Assembly (NCBI GenBank): GCA_002397315.1 | Contig: DHAE01000015.1 | Coordinates: 22,869 to 86,868 of the forward strand | DNA: 64,000 bases | Direction of reading: 5' to 3' | From: Comamonadaceae bacterium UBA4962 | GTDB taxonomy: Bacteria; Pseudomonadota; Gammaproteobacteria; Burkholderiales; Burkholderiaceae_C | In this document: one piece after another, positions 1 through 11,615 of the stretch | Position numbering within the stretch: position 1 is the first letter of the stretch | How the letters are laid out: every line of letters starts with the position of its first letter | Notes under the pieces: generated by a model | The model's database searches: none | Seen by the model: the letters and a program-made list of their open reading frames with translations, nothing else | What the model was told of the DNA's origin: nothing | Program-made: the position numbers and the translations under genes

Positions 1-271
1 GAAGCGCCACCACAAACGCCGGCTGATCCAGCCGCCGCTCGTCGCCAAGCTCGCGCAGCGCCTGCGGCCGGGCGGCTACCTGCACTGCGCGACCGACTGG
101 CAGCCGTACGCGGAGCAGATCCTCGAAGTGCTTTCCGCCGAGCCGCTGCTCGCCAACACGGCGGACGGCTATGCGCCACAGCCCGATTACCGGCCCCGCA
201 CCAAGTTCGAGAACCGCGGACTGAAGCTCGGGCACGGGGTGTGGGATATCCTGTTCCGGCGAAAGTCCTGA
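1..271 (+). CDS. trmB: tRNA (guanine-N7)-methyltransferase TrmB, C-terminal fragment (5' end lies outside the window)
   Basis: The frame starting at nt 2 reads ...[19 protein letters not shown]...[25 protein letters not shown] with TGA at 269-271. This resembles the TrmB C-terminus (ATDWxPYAE, TKFExRG, GHGVWDL). Confidence 0.8.
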   Translation, partial: KRHHKRRLIQPPLVAKLAQRLRPGGYLHCATDWQPYAEQILEVLSAEPLLANTADGYAPQPDYRPRTKFENRGLKLGHGVWDILFRRKS

Positions 272-308
272 ACCGTCGCGCCGTCCTCCGCAACGCACCG
301 CACATCCC

Positions 309-1358
309 ATGAAGCCCATACTCGACAACCTGGTCGAAATGACCGGCCACCGCGACCATCTGCGGCTGGAAGTGTCGGTGATCTCCACCCTGCAGAAGCT
401 GCCCGCGATCAAGTGCGTGCGTGCGCTGGAGGTGTTCCAGGCGAACGGCGAAGCCTACGTGCGGCCGCGCACCTGGAACGAGAACGGCCGGATGGTGACG
501 AGCGACTGGGAAGCGCCGGTGGACCCGCGCCGCGCGCCGGTGGCGGACTACCCGGCCCTGCATGAATGCATCGGCCAGCGCCAGCCGCATGCGCTGCAGA
601 CGGTGCGGCGCGGCGAGTACATGCTCTGGCTGCCGGTCTGGCTGCACGACCAGGTGCATGCCTGCATCGAGGTCACGCAGTCGCGCCCGTTCTCGGCGCA
701 CAAGCTCGACGTGATCCAGAGCGTGTTCCTCGTCTACCAGAACTACCAGAGCCTGCTGGATTACAGCGAACGCGACGCGCTCACGGGCCTCTTCAACCGC
801 AAGACCTTCGACGAGCAGTTCGCGCGCCGCAGCGGCGTGCCCAGCGCGTCGGCAGCGCCCGAGCCTGCCGCGCCGGCGGATCCGGCCGCTCCCCAGGCAA
901 GCAGCGAACCGCTGCGGCACTGGCTGGCGGTGGTGGACATCGACCATTTCAAGCAGGTGAATGACCGCTTCGGCCACCTCTACGGCGACGAGGTGCTGAT
1001 CCTCATCGCCAACATCCTGCGCAACTCGTTCCGCAGCCACGATCGCATCTTCCGCTTCGGCGGCGAGGAGTTCGTCGTGCTGCTGCGGTCGACCACCCTC
1101 TCCACGGCGCACAAGGTTTTCAACCGCTTCCGCAACGCGGTGCAGGAGTACCGCTTCCCGCAGGTGGGACAGGTCACGGTGAGCCTCGGGTTCGCCAGCA
1201 CGGAAGGCGGCGCCCCGGTCGAGATCCTGGGCCAGGCGGACCAGGCGCTCTACTACGCCAAGGAGCATGGCCGCAACCGTGTGTGCTACTACGACGATCT
1301 GGTGAACGGGGGGCACCTGCACGTCAAGCTGGCGCACGACGACGTCGAGCTGTTCTGA
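309..1358 (+). CDS. GGDEF-domain diguanylate cyclase with an uncharacterised N-terminal sensor region
   Basis: 349-aa ORF. The C-terminal half carries DIDHFKQVNDRFGH and RFGGEEFVVLL (GGEEF active-site motif). Confidence 0.85.
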   Translation: MKPILDNLVEMTGHRDHLRLEVSVISTLQKLPAIKCVRALEVFQANGEAYVRPRTWNENGRMVTSDWEAPVDPRRAPVADYPALHECIGQRQPHALQTVRRGEYMLWLPVWLHDQVHACIEVTQSRPFSAHKLDVIQSVFLVYQNYQSLLDYSERDALTGLFNRKTFDEQFARRSGVPSASAAPEPAAPADPAAPQASSEPLRHWLAVVDIDHFKQVNDRFGHLYGDEVLILIANILRNSFRSHDRIFRFGGEEFVVLLRSTTLSTAHKVFNRFRNAVQEYRFPQVGQVTVSLGFASTEGGAPVEILGQADQALYYAKEHGRNRVCYYDDLVNGGHLHVKLAHDDVELF

Positions 1359-1399
1359 GCACCGCCGCCGCGCTCGGCGGGCCGCCGTTCACGAGGCGG

Positions 1400-1441
1400 C
1401 CCCATGCAAAAGGCCCGCTCGCGCGGGCCTTTTGCATGGGG
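1400..1441. terminator. Perfect 19-bp stem / 4-nt loop hairpin between the convergent GGDEF gene and alaS; likely bidirectional terminator
   Basis: CCCCATGCAAAAGGCCCGC-tcgc-GCGGGCCTTTTGCATGGGG. The arms are exact reverse complements, and the A4/T4 runs lie inside the stem. Confidence 0.55.
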
Positions 1442-1469
1442 CAGAGCGGGGCCCGTGCCCCGCGCACCG

Positions 1470-4100
<2,631 letters not shown>

Positions 4101-4249
4101 GGGCGAACGGGCGGCGAGCCTCGAGTGCGTGGAGCGCGCTGCGGTGAAAGCAGCCGCGGGAATGGTTGTGAAGCGTAACCCCCGATTCTATCGAGCCGGG
4201 CCCGCGGTTCGCCGCGCCGCGGGGCCGGCCCTGCCCCGCGCGGGGCCGC

Positions 4250-5395
4250 TCAGCGCCGGGGGCGCTTGTGCGGGGTGCGGTTGGTGTAGCTCGCGTTGCC
4301 CAGGCCGGTGCCCACGGTGAGCACGGCCCAGCGCTCCACGTCCTGGGTGAAGGGCAGTTCCGACAGGCCCTGCACCACGGCGTCGTTGTGCAGGCAGACC
4401 TGGATGCGGCCGCCATTGATGGTGGGCAGGCGCTCGCACAGGTCGCGCGGCAGGTGGAAGCGGATGCTCTCCCAATTGCCGGGCAGGTTCTGCGTGCCGC
4501 CCGCGAGCGAGCCGTCTTCGCAGACCAGGCCCGGGCAGGCGACGCCGACGAACGGCGCGAGGCTGAGTTCCTTCTTGCGCGCGTACTCGACCAGGTCCTC
4601 CAGGATGCCGGCGATGCCGTCCACGAGTTCGTCGCGGCGCGGGGAATCGTCGGGATGGCCCCATTTCTCGCGGCGCAGCACCTCGGCCCTGGACATGTCG
4701 GGCGCCGAGTGCAGGTGCGTCTGCACGATCCCGCAACGCACATTGGTGCCGCCGATGTCCACCGCCAGGATCGCGTCGTAGCTCTGCAGCAGCGCGGGCG
4801 GTGCCAGGTGCACCCAGCCGATCAGGCCGCCCTCGTCGGCATGGTGGCGCAGCAGGCGCAGCTCGATCGGGTCCTTCTTCTTGCGCTGCAGCTCGTCCGC
4901 GACGAGGTCGGCCGCGCGGGCGATGGCGCGCTCGCCCACCTCGCTCTGGTGGAAGCCCCCCCCCACGATCACGCGCTCGACGCCCTTCCAGGTCTTGTGC
5001 TGCAGGAAGCGCAGGACCACGTGCGCGAACTGCTGCGCATAGTCTTCCGAAGCGGCCTCGATGGTGCGGGCGGCGGTGCCGTCCTTGGCCAGCATCTCGT
5101 CCAGGCGCTGCTTGCTGATCTCGCGCGTGGGCTTGTCGCCCAGCGGGTCCTTGCCGGCCATGTCGGCATAGACCGTGCGCCAGGCATCCAGCATGTGCCG
5201 GAAGGCGGTGCGGCTGGCGTTGTCGCCCGCGAAGCCGTCGCCGTCGCGCAGTTCGAGGCTGTAGTCGTCGATGGTGACGGACGCCAGCTCCATATCGCCG
5301 TGCGGGCCGGCCGCGCACAGCGCGAGCCGGGCTTTTTCCTCACGCTCGGCCGCGGCAGCGGACACGGGCGCTTCTTCCTTCTCTTTGGATGCCAT
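4250..5395 (-). CDS. ROK-family (sugar kinase / regulator fold) protein with an N-terminal extension
   Basis: 381-aa ORF. It has DIGGTNVRCG (phosphate-1), GVACPGLV..DGS....QNLPGNW, NDAVVQGLSE and VGTGLGNA, which is an ROK/ASKHA-like motif order. No CxCGxxGC zinc motif was seen. Confidence 0.6.
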   Translation of the reverse strand: MASKEKEEAPVSAAAAEREEKARLALCAAGPHGDMELASVTIDDYSLELRDGDGFAGDNASRTAFRHMLDAWRTVYADMAGKDPLGDKPTREISKQRLDEMLAKDGTAARTIEAASEDYAQQFAHVVLRFLQHKTWKGVERVIVGGGFHQSEVGERAIARAADLVADELQRKKKDPIELRLLRHHADEGGLIGWVHLAPPALLQSYDAILAVDIGGTNVRCGIVQTHLHSAPDMSRAEVLRREKWGHPDDSPRRDELVDGIAGILEDLVEYARKKELSLAPFVGVACPGLVCEDGSLAGGTQNLPGNWESIRFHLPRDLCERLPTINGGRIQVCLHNDAVVQGLSELPFTQDVERWAVLTVGTGLGNASYTNRTPHKRPRR

Positions 5396-5651
5396 GGTCG
5401 TGTTGGTAGGGAGGGACTGGGCCCGCGTCGCAGGCCCTGCCCCGATGGTGCCTGGCCGCGCGGCGCCACCGCGTCAGCCAACGCCGCCAAACCAGGCCCC
5501 GCGACAGGACAGTCCAGGCGGGAAAGCGCGCGGGCCAGCGCGTGGGTCGACGGCATCCATCGTGTTCGCAGGTTCAGGCCCCCATCCGGCAGCGGCATAC
5601 TCGGCAGGTCGACATCCCATTGCCGCAGCCCTGTTCCCTTTCGCCGCTCCG

Positions 5652-6008
5652 ATGCCACCCACATCCGCCCTCGCCCGAACCCGGCTCGCCGCCCGGGCCT
5701 GCGCCGCAGCGGCCCTCTGGCTGGCCGCTGCCCTGCCGGCGAGTGCGCAGGCGGACGCTGGCGGTGCGGTGCGGGACAACGGCTGCATGCGCTGCCATGC
5801 GATGGAGCGCACCTACGTGGGGCCCGGGTTCGCGCAGATCGCCGAGCGCTACCGGAACGACGCGCATGCCGAAGCCTACCTCGCGGGCCGCATCCGCAAT
5901 GGCGGCGCGGGCGAATGGGGGCGCGCCCTGATGCCGCGGCACCCGCGCATCGGCGAGGAGGAAGCGCGCTCGCTGGCCCGCTGGATCCTCGCGCAGCGCA
6001 AGGGTTAG
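5652..6008 (+). CDS. Small periplasmic class I c-type cytochrome (c551/c552-like)
   Basis: ATG at 5652. It has the signal peptide MPPTSALARTRLAARACAAAALWLAAALPASAQA and a single CMRCH haem-binding motif. A distal Met region (GRALMPRHP) and a c551-like tail LARWILAQRKG are present. Confidence 0.8.
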   Translation: MPPTSALARTRLAARACAAAALWLAAALPASAQADAGGAVRDNGCMRCHAMERTYVGPGFAQIAERYRNDAHAEAYLAGRIRNGGAGEWGRALMPRHPRIGEEEARSLARWILAQRKG

Positions 6009-6222
6009 CGCTTCACGCGTGAGGATGGGCACCAAAGCCTCGATGAACCGGTAGGCGGAGCCGCGCAGCCAACTGCCGCGCCGCAGTCCCAGGCGGGTGG
6101 GGTTGGCTTCGAGGAGGTGCCGCGATGTGGGCCCGGCCGGTGTAGCCCAGCTCGTGGGTGACGATGGGAAAGCGCGCCAATTGCGCAGCGTGGGCGGCGT
6201 GGCGGCGGTGGACAGCCGCCCC
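6000..6222 (-). pseudogene. Decayed remnant of a CysB/Cbl/SsuR-type LysR regulator (5'-truncated, internal deletion plus frameshift)
   Basis: One minus-strand frame reads AAQLARFPIVTHELGYTGRAHI, compared with E. coli CysB [20 protein letters not shown] as I recall it. About 10 nt later a different frame reads HLLEANPTRLGLRRGSWLRGSAYRFIEALVPILTREAL, compared with CysB [39 protein letters not shown]. There is no N-terminal HTH half and no start codon. Confidence 0.6.
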
Positions 6223-6438
6223 TCAGAGCTTGGCGATCGACACTTCGGTCGATTTCACCAGCGCCACCACGTCCGAGCCGACCTGCAGGCCGAGATCGTC
6301 CACCGAGCGGGTGGTGATGACGGAGGTGACGATGCCCCAGGGCGTCTCGACGTCGACCTCCGAGACGACGTCGCCGCGGATGATCTCGCGCACTTTGCCC
6401 TTGAACTGGTTGCGCACATTGATGGCCTGGATGGACAT
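6223..6438 (-). CDS. ssuF: Small Mop/TOBE-type molybdopterin-binding-family protein, last gene of the ssu operon
   Basis: 71 aa, MSIQAINVRNQFKGKVREIIRGDVVSEVDVETPWG...VKSTEVSIAKL (Mop/TOBE fold pattern). It occupies the same terminal position as ssuF in the Pseudomonas ssuEADCBF operon. Confidence 0.75.
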   Translation of the reverse strand: MSIQAINVRNQFKGKVREIIRGDVVSEVDVETPWGIVTSVITTRSVDDLGLQVGSDVVALVKSTEVSIAKL

Positions 6439-6517
6439 GGTGGATAGCTCCTGTGGTGGTGAAAGAAAAATGGAACGTCGGGTGGACGGATCGGTGGCGG
6501 GGACGTGCGGGGCGCTT

Positions 6518-7252
6518 TCAGACGGCCCAGCGCAGGCCGTGCGCCGGCACGCCGGGCCAGGCACCCGCGCCTTCGGGTGCCTCGGGCTGCCGGGGCTTCT
6601 GCAGCACGCGGTCCAGGATGCGTTTTTCGATGGCGGCGAACGCCGCGTCGCCGTGCGAGCGGGGCCGCGGCAGCGCGATGCGCTCGTCCAGGGCGATGCG
6701 GCCGTCCTCGATGAGCACCACGCGGTCGGCCAGGGCCACGGCTTCCTGCACGTCGTGCGTCACCAGCAGCGCGGTGAAGCGGTGGCGCTGCCACAGCCCT
6801 TCGATGAGGCGGTGCATCTCGATGCGGGTGAGCGCATCCAGCGCGCCCAGCGGCTCGTCCAGCAGCAGCAGGCGCGGCCGGTGCACCAGCGCGCGCGCCA
6901 GGGCCACGCGCTGGCGCTGCCCGCCGGAGAGGCGTGCGGGCCATTCACCGGCGCGGTCGGCCAGGCCCACCTGGGCGAGCACCTCGCGGCCGCGCTCCTG
7001 CTCGGTGGCGGGCAGGCCCAGGGTGACGTTGTCCAGCACGCGCCGCCAGGGCAGCAGGCGCGCCTCCTGGAACATGATGCGCGTGTCGCCGTGCAGCCCG
7101 GCGACGGGATGGCCGTCCACCTCGAGCGCTCCGGAGCTGGGGGCCTCCAGACCCGCCACGAGGCGCAACAGGGTGCTCTTGCCGCAGCCGCTGCGGCCGA
7201 CGATGGCGACGAACTCGCCCGGCGCAATGTCGATCTGCGCGTCGCGCAGCAC
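6518..7252 (-). CDS. ssuB: Aliphatic sulfonate ABC transporter ATP-binding protein (annotated from an internal GTG; see the finding on its 5' end)
   Basis: Walker [12 protein letters not shown], signature [15 protein letters not shown] and Walker B LLLLDEP are present. It lies directly downstream of ssuC. Confidence 0.9.
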   Translation of the reverse strand: MLRDAQIDIAPGEFVAIVGRSGCGKSTLLRLVAGLEAPSSGALEVDGHPVAGLHGDTRIMFQEARLLPWRRVLDNVTLGLPATEQERGREVLAQVGLADRAGEWPARLSGGQRQRVALARALVHRPRLLLLDEPLGALDALTRIEMHRLIEGLWQRHRFTALLVTHDVQEAVALADRVVLIEDGRIALDERIALPRPRSHGDAAFAAIEKRILDRVLQKPRQPEAPEGAGAWPGVPAHGLRWAV

Positions 7253-7353
7253 GTCGCGCGCGCCGTAGCGCTTGGTCAGGCGCCGGGCCTGCAGGCGCAG
7301 GCCGCCGGGGGCCTGCCCGGGCGCGTGTCATGGGACATGGCGGGGTCCTTTCG

Positions 7354-8244
7354 TCATGCCTTGGCATGGTAGCCGGGATGCCACCGCAGCCACCCATGCT
7401 CCAGGCCGCGGGCGAACACGTCGGCCAGCTTGCCGAGCAGCGCGTAGAGCAGGATGCCCACCAGCACCACGTCGGTTTGCAGGAACTCGCGTGCGTTCAT
7501 CGTGAGGTAGCCGATGCCGGCCTGCGCGGAGATGGTTTCCGCCACGATCAGGATCACCCACATGAGCCCCAGCGAGAAGCGCAGGCCCACGAGGATCGAG
7601 GACATCGCGCCGGGCAGGATCACCTCGCGGTAGAGCTGCCAGCGCGAGAGCCCGTAGGTGCGGCCCATCTCGATCAGGCCGGGATCGACGTTGCGGATGC
7701 CATGGAAGGTGTTGAGGTAGATCGGAAAGAACACCGACACCGCGATGAGGAACACCTTGGCCGATTCGTCGATGCCGAACCACAGGATCACCAGCGGGAT
7801 CAGCGCCAGGGCCGGAATGTTGCGCACCATCTGCACGGTGGAATCCAGCAGCGTTTCCGCCCAGCGCAGCGAGCCGGTCAGCAGCCCCAGCAGCAGGCCC
7901 AGGCCGCCGCCGATCGCCAGCCCTGCCAGCGCGCGGCCGGCGCTCACCTGGACGTGCGTCCACAGCTCGCCCGATTCCGCGAGCGCCCAGGCCGCCTTGA
8001 GCACGTCGGACGGCGCGGGCAGCACCCGGCTGGAGAGCCAGCCCTGGGCCGAGGCCACCTGCCAGGCCGCGATCAGCGCCACCGGCACCAGCCAGGGCAG
8101 CAGGCGCTGCCCCACCGCGGCGGCCCATTGCCGCACGGGCGCGGGCAGGCCCGCGCCGGGCGCTTCGGGGGTTTCGGTGGCGGCGGACACCTGCAGTTCC
8201 CGCACCGAGGGCGATGCGGCGGAGGGCACGGCGGGGTGCATCAT
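7354..8244 (-). CDS. ssuC: Aliphatic sulfonate ABC transporter permease
   Basis: 296-aa polytopic membrane ORF with the EAA-like loop region (IDESAKVFLIAVSVFFPIYLNTFHGIRNVD). It sits in ssu operon context. Confidence 0.9.
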   Translation of the reverse strand: MMHPAVPSAASPSVRELQVSAATETPEAPGAGLPAPVRQWAAAVGQRLLPWLVPVALIAAWQVASAQGWLSSRVLPAPSDVLKAAWALAESGELWTHVQVSAGRALAGLAIGGGLGLLLGLLTGSLRWAETLLDSTVQMVRNIPALALIPLVILWFGIDESAKVFLIAVSVFFPIYLNTFHGIRNVDPGLIEMGRTYGLSRWQLYREVILPGAMSSILVGLRFSLGLMWVILIVAETISAQAGIGYLTMNAREFLQTDVVLVGILLYALLGKLADVFARGLEHGWLRWHPGYHAKA

Positions 8245-8432
8245 GCGCGGGCTCCCGCTTCCGTGTCGGGTCCGAGGAACTCGAGCGGGTGGCCCGCCGC
8301 GACATGCAGGGCGTCCTCCGCCGGGTATCGCACTTCGGGAAGGCCGAGCAGCCCGGCGTAGAACGCGCGCATCGCGCCCTCCTCGCCCGCGGGGAACGGC
8401 AGCTGCACGTGGTTGATGGAATGGATGGCCAT
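8241..8432 (-). CDS. 63-aa VOC/glyoxalase-like half-domain ORF inserted between ssuD and ssuC
   Basis: MAIHSINHVQLPFPAGEEGAMRAFYAGLLGLPEV... matches the first beta-alpha-beta-beta-beta module of VOC proteins. A strong SD (AGGAGG, 8-nt spacer) precedes the ATG, and its TGA overlaps the ssuC ATG (ATGA). Confidence 0.4.
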   Translation of the reverse strand: MAIHSINHVQLPFPAGEEGAMRAFYAGLLGLPEVRYPAEDALHVAAGHPLEFLGPDTEAGARA

Positions 8433-8457
8433 GCGGTGTTCCTCCTGCGGGGATGGT

Positions 8458-9636
8458 TCAGCTCTGCGCGGCGCGCGGCACGAACTGGTTGCCGACGATC
8501 TCGCCGAAGGGCCCGGTGAGCAGACCGGATGAAGCAGCCGCGCCGGCAATGCGTGCGCGCGTTTCCAGCGGCAGCAGCGGGAATACCAGTTCCGCGAAGC
8601 GGTAGGCCTCCTCCAGGTGCGGGTAGCCGGAGAGCACGAAGGTGTCGATGCCCGAATCCGCGTATTCCTGCATGCGCGCGGCCACGGTCTGCGGATCGCC
8701 CACCAGCGCCGTGCCGGCGCCGCCGCGCACCAGGCCGACGCCGGCCCAGAGGTTGGGACTGATCTCCAGATCGGCGCGGCTGCGCTTCGCGCCACCGGCG
8801 TGCAGTGCGGCCATGCGGCGCTGCCCTTCCGAATCCATGCGCGCGAACACCGCCTGTGCCTGGGCCACGGTCTCGTCTTTCACGCGGCTGATGAGTTCCT
8901 CGGCGGCGGCCCATGCGGCCACGTCGGTCTCGCGCACGATCACGTGCAGCCGGATGCCGAAGCGCACCGTGCGGCCCCGCCGGGCGGCCCGGGCACGCAC
9001 GTCGGCCACCTTCTGCGCGACGGCAGCCGGGGGCTCGCCCCAGGTCAGGTACGCGTCCACGTGCTCGGCCGCGAGGTCGTGCGCGGCCTCGGACGATCCG
9101 CCGAAATACACCGGCGGATAAGGCTTTTGCACGGGTGGATAGAGCAGCTTGGCGCCCTTGACCGACAGGTGCTCGCCGTCGTAATCGAAGGACTCGCCCG
9201 CATGGCTGCGCGCCAGGATCTCGCGCCAGATGCGGATGAACTCATCCGACTGCGCATAGCGCTGCGCATGGTCCAGGAACACGCCGTCGCCCTCCAGTTC
9301 GACGCGGTCGCCGCCCGTCACCAGGTTGATGAGCAGGCGCCCACCCGACAGCCGGTCGAAGGTCGAGGCCATGCGCGCGGCCAGGGCCGGCTGGTGCAGT
9401 CCGGGACGCACCGCCACGAGGAACTTCAGGCGCCGGGTGACGGCCGCGAGCGCGGATGCGACCACCCACGGGTCTTCGCAGGAGCGGCCGGTGGGAATCA
9501 GCACGCCTTCGTAGCCCAGGGTGTCGGCCGCGGTGGCGATCTGGCGCAGGTAGTCGTAATCGACGGCGCGGGCGCCTTCGGAAGTCCCGAGGTAGCGGCT
9601 GTCGCCGTGGGTGGGAATGAACCAGAAAACGTGCAT
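8458..9636 (-). CDS. ssuD: FMNH2-dependent alkanesulfonate monooxygenase
   Basis: 392-aa ORF beginning [17 protein letters not shown]...[17 protein letters not shown] (typical SsuD / luciferase-like N-terminus). It sits in operon context. Confidence 0.95.
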   Translation of the reverse strand: MHVFWFIPTHGDSRYLGTSEGARAVDYDYLRQIATAADTLGYEGVLIPTGRSCEDPWVVASALAAVTRRLKFLVAVRPGLHQPALAARMASTFDRLSGGRLLINLVTGGDRVELEGDGVFLDHAQRYAQSDEFIRIWREILARSHAGESFDYDGEHLSVKGAKLLYPPVQKPYPPVYFGGSSEAAHDLAAEHVDAYLTWGEPPAAVAQKVADVRARAARRGRTVRFGIRLHVIVRETDVAAWAAAEELISRVKDETVAQAQAVFARMDSEGQRRMAALHAGGAKRSRADLEISPNLWAGVGLVRGGAGTALVGDPQTVAARMQEYADSGIDTFVLSGYPHLEEAYRFAELVFPLLPLETRARIAGAAASSGLLTGPFGEIVGNQFVPRAAQS

Positions 9637-9835
9637 GGCGGGCTTTCTCGACAGGGTCGGCAGAGTCAGTAGGAAATGGCGAAGCGCAGGCCGCGCGTGG
9701 CATGCGGCCCGCGCACTGCGGGGCGCAGGCCCCAGGCACGCGCCGTCACCGCCAGCAGGCGCCGGGCGCCGGGTGCGAGGACAGAGGGGGACGGAAAGGA
9801 GGACATGGCTGGGCTCCTGGGCGGCGGGTCACCGG

Positions 9836-10819
9836 TCAGGCGAGGTCCACCGGGGCGGCGTGCAGCACGTTGAGCCGCTTCGGGATCAGCTTGAGATCGA
9901 AGAAGGTGTCGGCGATTGCCTGCTGCTCGGCCAGGATCTCGCGGTTCACGGCCCGCGTGCCGTAGCCCACGCGCCCGACGAAGAGTTCGGTCACGGAACG
10001 GTCCAGGCCCAGCACCTGAGAGAGTTCCGAGGCCGCTTCCGCCTTGTGGCCCGACACCCATTGGTCGACCCCGTCCACCTCCTCGATCGCGATGCGCAGC
10101 ACGTCCGCGTTGCGCGTGGCGAAGTCGCGCGAAGTGAAATAGAAGGCCCGGTTGTTCACCACGCCCGTGGCGTCTGCCAGGATGCGTGCACCCAGCGTCT
10201 TTTCGGCGGCGGCCAGAAACGGGTCCCAGATCACCCAGGCGTCCACCGCGCCGCGCTCGAAGGCGGCACGCGCATCGGGCGGCGCGAGGAAGACCGACTG
10301 CACGTCGCGGTACTGCAGGCCGTTCTTCTCCAGCAATTTGGCCAGGAAGTAATGCACGTTGGAGCCCTTGTTGTAGGCCACGCGCTTGCCCTTCAGCTCG
10401 GCGACGCTGCGGATGGCCGACCCTTTGGGCACCACCACGGCCTCCAATTGCGGGCGCGGCACCGTCGCCCCGGCATACACGAGCGGCGCGCCCGCGGCCT
10501 GGGCGAAGATCGGCGGGGCCTCGCCCACGTCGCCGAAATCAATGGAGCCGACGTTCAGCGCCTCCAGCTGCACCGGGCCGGCGTTGAACTCCGTCCAGGT
10601 CACTTTGACGCCGAGCGGCGCCAGCCGCTTCTCCAGCGTGCCGCGCGCCTTCAGCAGCGACAGCCAGCCCTTCTGGTGGCCGACCCGCAGCGTGCGGCCG
10701 GCGCCGGAGGACTGCGCCCAGGACGGCGCGGCGGCGAGCGCCGCGGCACCCGCGCCCGCGGCCAGCCAGTGGCGACGGGACCACGCAGCGGTGGCGGAAG
10801 AATGAGACGAGGGGGCCAT
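9836..10819 (-). CDS. ssuA: Aliphatic sulfonate ABC transporter substrate-binding protein (Tat-type signal peptide)
   Basis: 327 aa. The twin-arginine leader SRRHWLAAGAGAAALAAAPSWA is followed by an NMT1/SsuA-like periplasmic binding fold. It sits in operon context. Confidence 0.9.
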   Translation of the reverse strand: MAPSSHSSATAAWSRRHWLAAGAGAAALAAAPSWAQSSGAGRTLRVGHQKGWLSLLKARGTLEKRLAPLGVKVTWTEFNAGPVQLEALNVGSIDFGDVGEAPPIFAQAAGAPLVYAGATVPRPQLEAVVVPKGSAIRSVAELKGKRVAYNKGSNVHYFLAKLLEKNGLQYRDVQSVFLAPPDARAAFERGAVDAWVIWDPFLAAAEKTLGARILADATGVVNNRAFYFTSRDFATRNADVLRIAIEEVDGVDQWVSGHKAEAASELSQVLGLDRSVTELFVGRVGYGTRAVNREILAEQQAIADTFFDLKLIPKRLNVLHAAPVDLA

Positions 10820-10983
10820 GTCGAAGACTCCAGGAATGCGATGAAGGGATGCGGGCGGCCAGGGCTCCGCCCGGCCGGGCGGCGCACACGCCTGCCCTGC
10901 GGGAGCGAACGGATCGGAACGGGAAAATGGAAGAAGGAAGGGGACTGCGGCACGCCATGGGCGCGGGCCCCTGCCCTTTTCCC

Positions 10984-11571
10984 TCAGACGCTACATCGCA
11001 CCTGTTCGAAGGGGATGGGCGGGAAGCGCGCGGCGTGCGCCGGCAGCCGCATCGCGTCGTTCACGAGCAGGTCGAGCGCTTCGTCGAGGCGCTGGGAAAT
11101 CTCGGGGCCGATGGCATAGGCCCCTTCGGGCGCCAGCGCCACCTGCGCATCGGTGGCGTAGACGCCGGGCAGGATGTGCCGCGCGCCGAGCGACTGCAGC
11201 ACCGGCCGCAGGGCGTAGTCGAGCGCCAGCATGTGGTGCGGGCTGCCGCCGGTGGCCAGCGGGAGCACCGCCTTGCCCCGCAGCGCCGACTGGGGCAGCA
11301 GGTCGAGGAACACCTTGAGCACGCCGCTGTACGCCGCCTTGTAGACCGGGGTCGCCACCACCAGCGCATCGGCCTCGGCCACCTGATCGACGGCATGGGC
11401 GATGGAGCGGTGGTTCGTGTCGGCGAGCAGCAGCGCCTGCGGCGAGAGATCGCGGATGTGCAGGCGGTGCACCGCCGTGCCGCGCACCGAGAGCCGCAGC
11501 GACACGGCATCCAGCAAGGCCGCCGAGCGCGAGCGCTCCGAGGGGCTTCCGGCGATCAGGAGGATGGACAT
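10984..11571 (-). CDS. ssuE: NAD(P)H-dependent FMN reductase
   Basis: 195 aa from the ATG at 11571: MSILLIAGSPSERSRSAALL...ADALVVATPVYKAAYSGVLK (SsuE/flavodoxin-like reductase pattern). Confidence 0.85.
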   Translation of the reverse strand: MSILLIAGSPSERSRSAALLDAVSLRLSVRGTAVHRLHIRDLSPQALLLADTNHRSIAHAVDQVAEADALVVATPVYKAAYSGVLKVFLDLLPQSALRGKAVLPLATGGSPHHMLALDYALRPVLQSLGARHILPGVYATDAQVALAPEGAYAIGPEISQRLDEALDLLVNDAMRLPAHAARFPPIPFEQVRCSV

Positions 11572-11615
11572 GGGCTGCTTCCTTCGTTGGAGTCGTTGTC
11601 GGGCGGCCGGTGCCG

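Noticed and set aside
8433-8795. N-terminal 121 codons of the 184-aa ORF 8241-8795
   Set aside because: This part overlaps the ssuD 3' end out of frame and has a noise-like sequence. Only the last 63 codons, with their own SD and VOC-like sequence, are plausible.
9666-9806. 46-codon ORF ([46 protein letters not shown]) with an AGGAG SD in the 199-nt ssuA-ssuD gap
   Set aside because: I recognise no homology, it is Arg-rich like out-of-frame GC-rich sequence, and the SD match could be chance. The unusually long gap is noted, but I cannot support a gene call.
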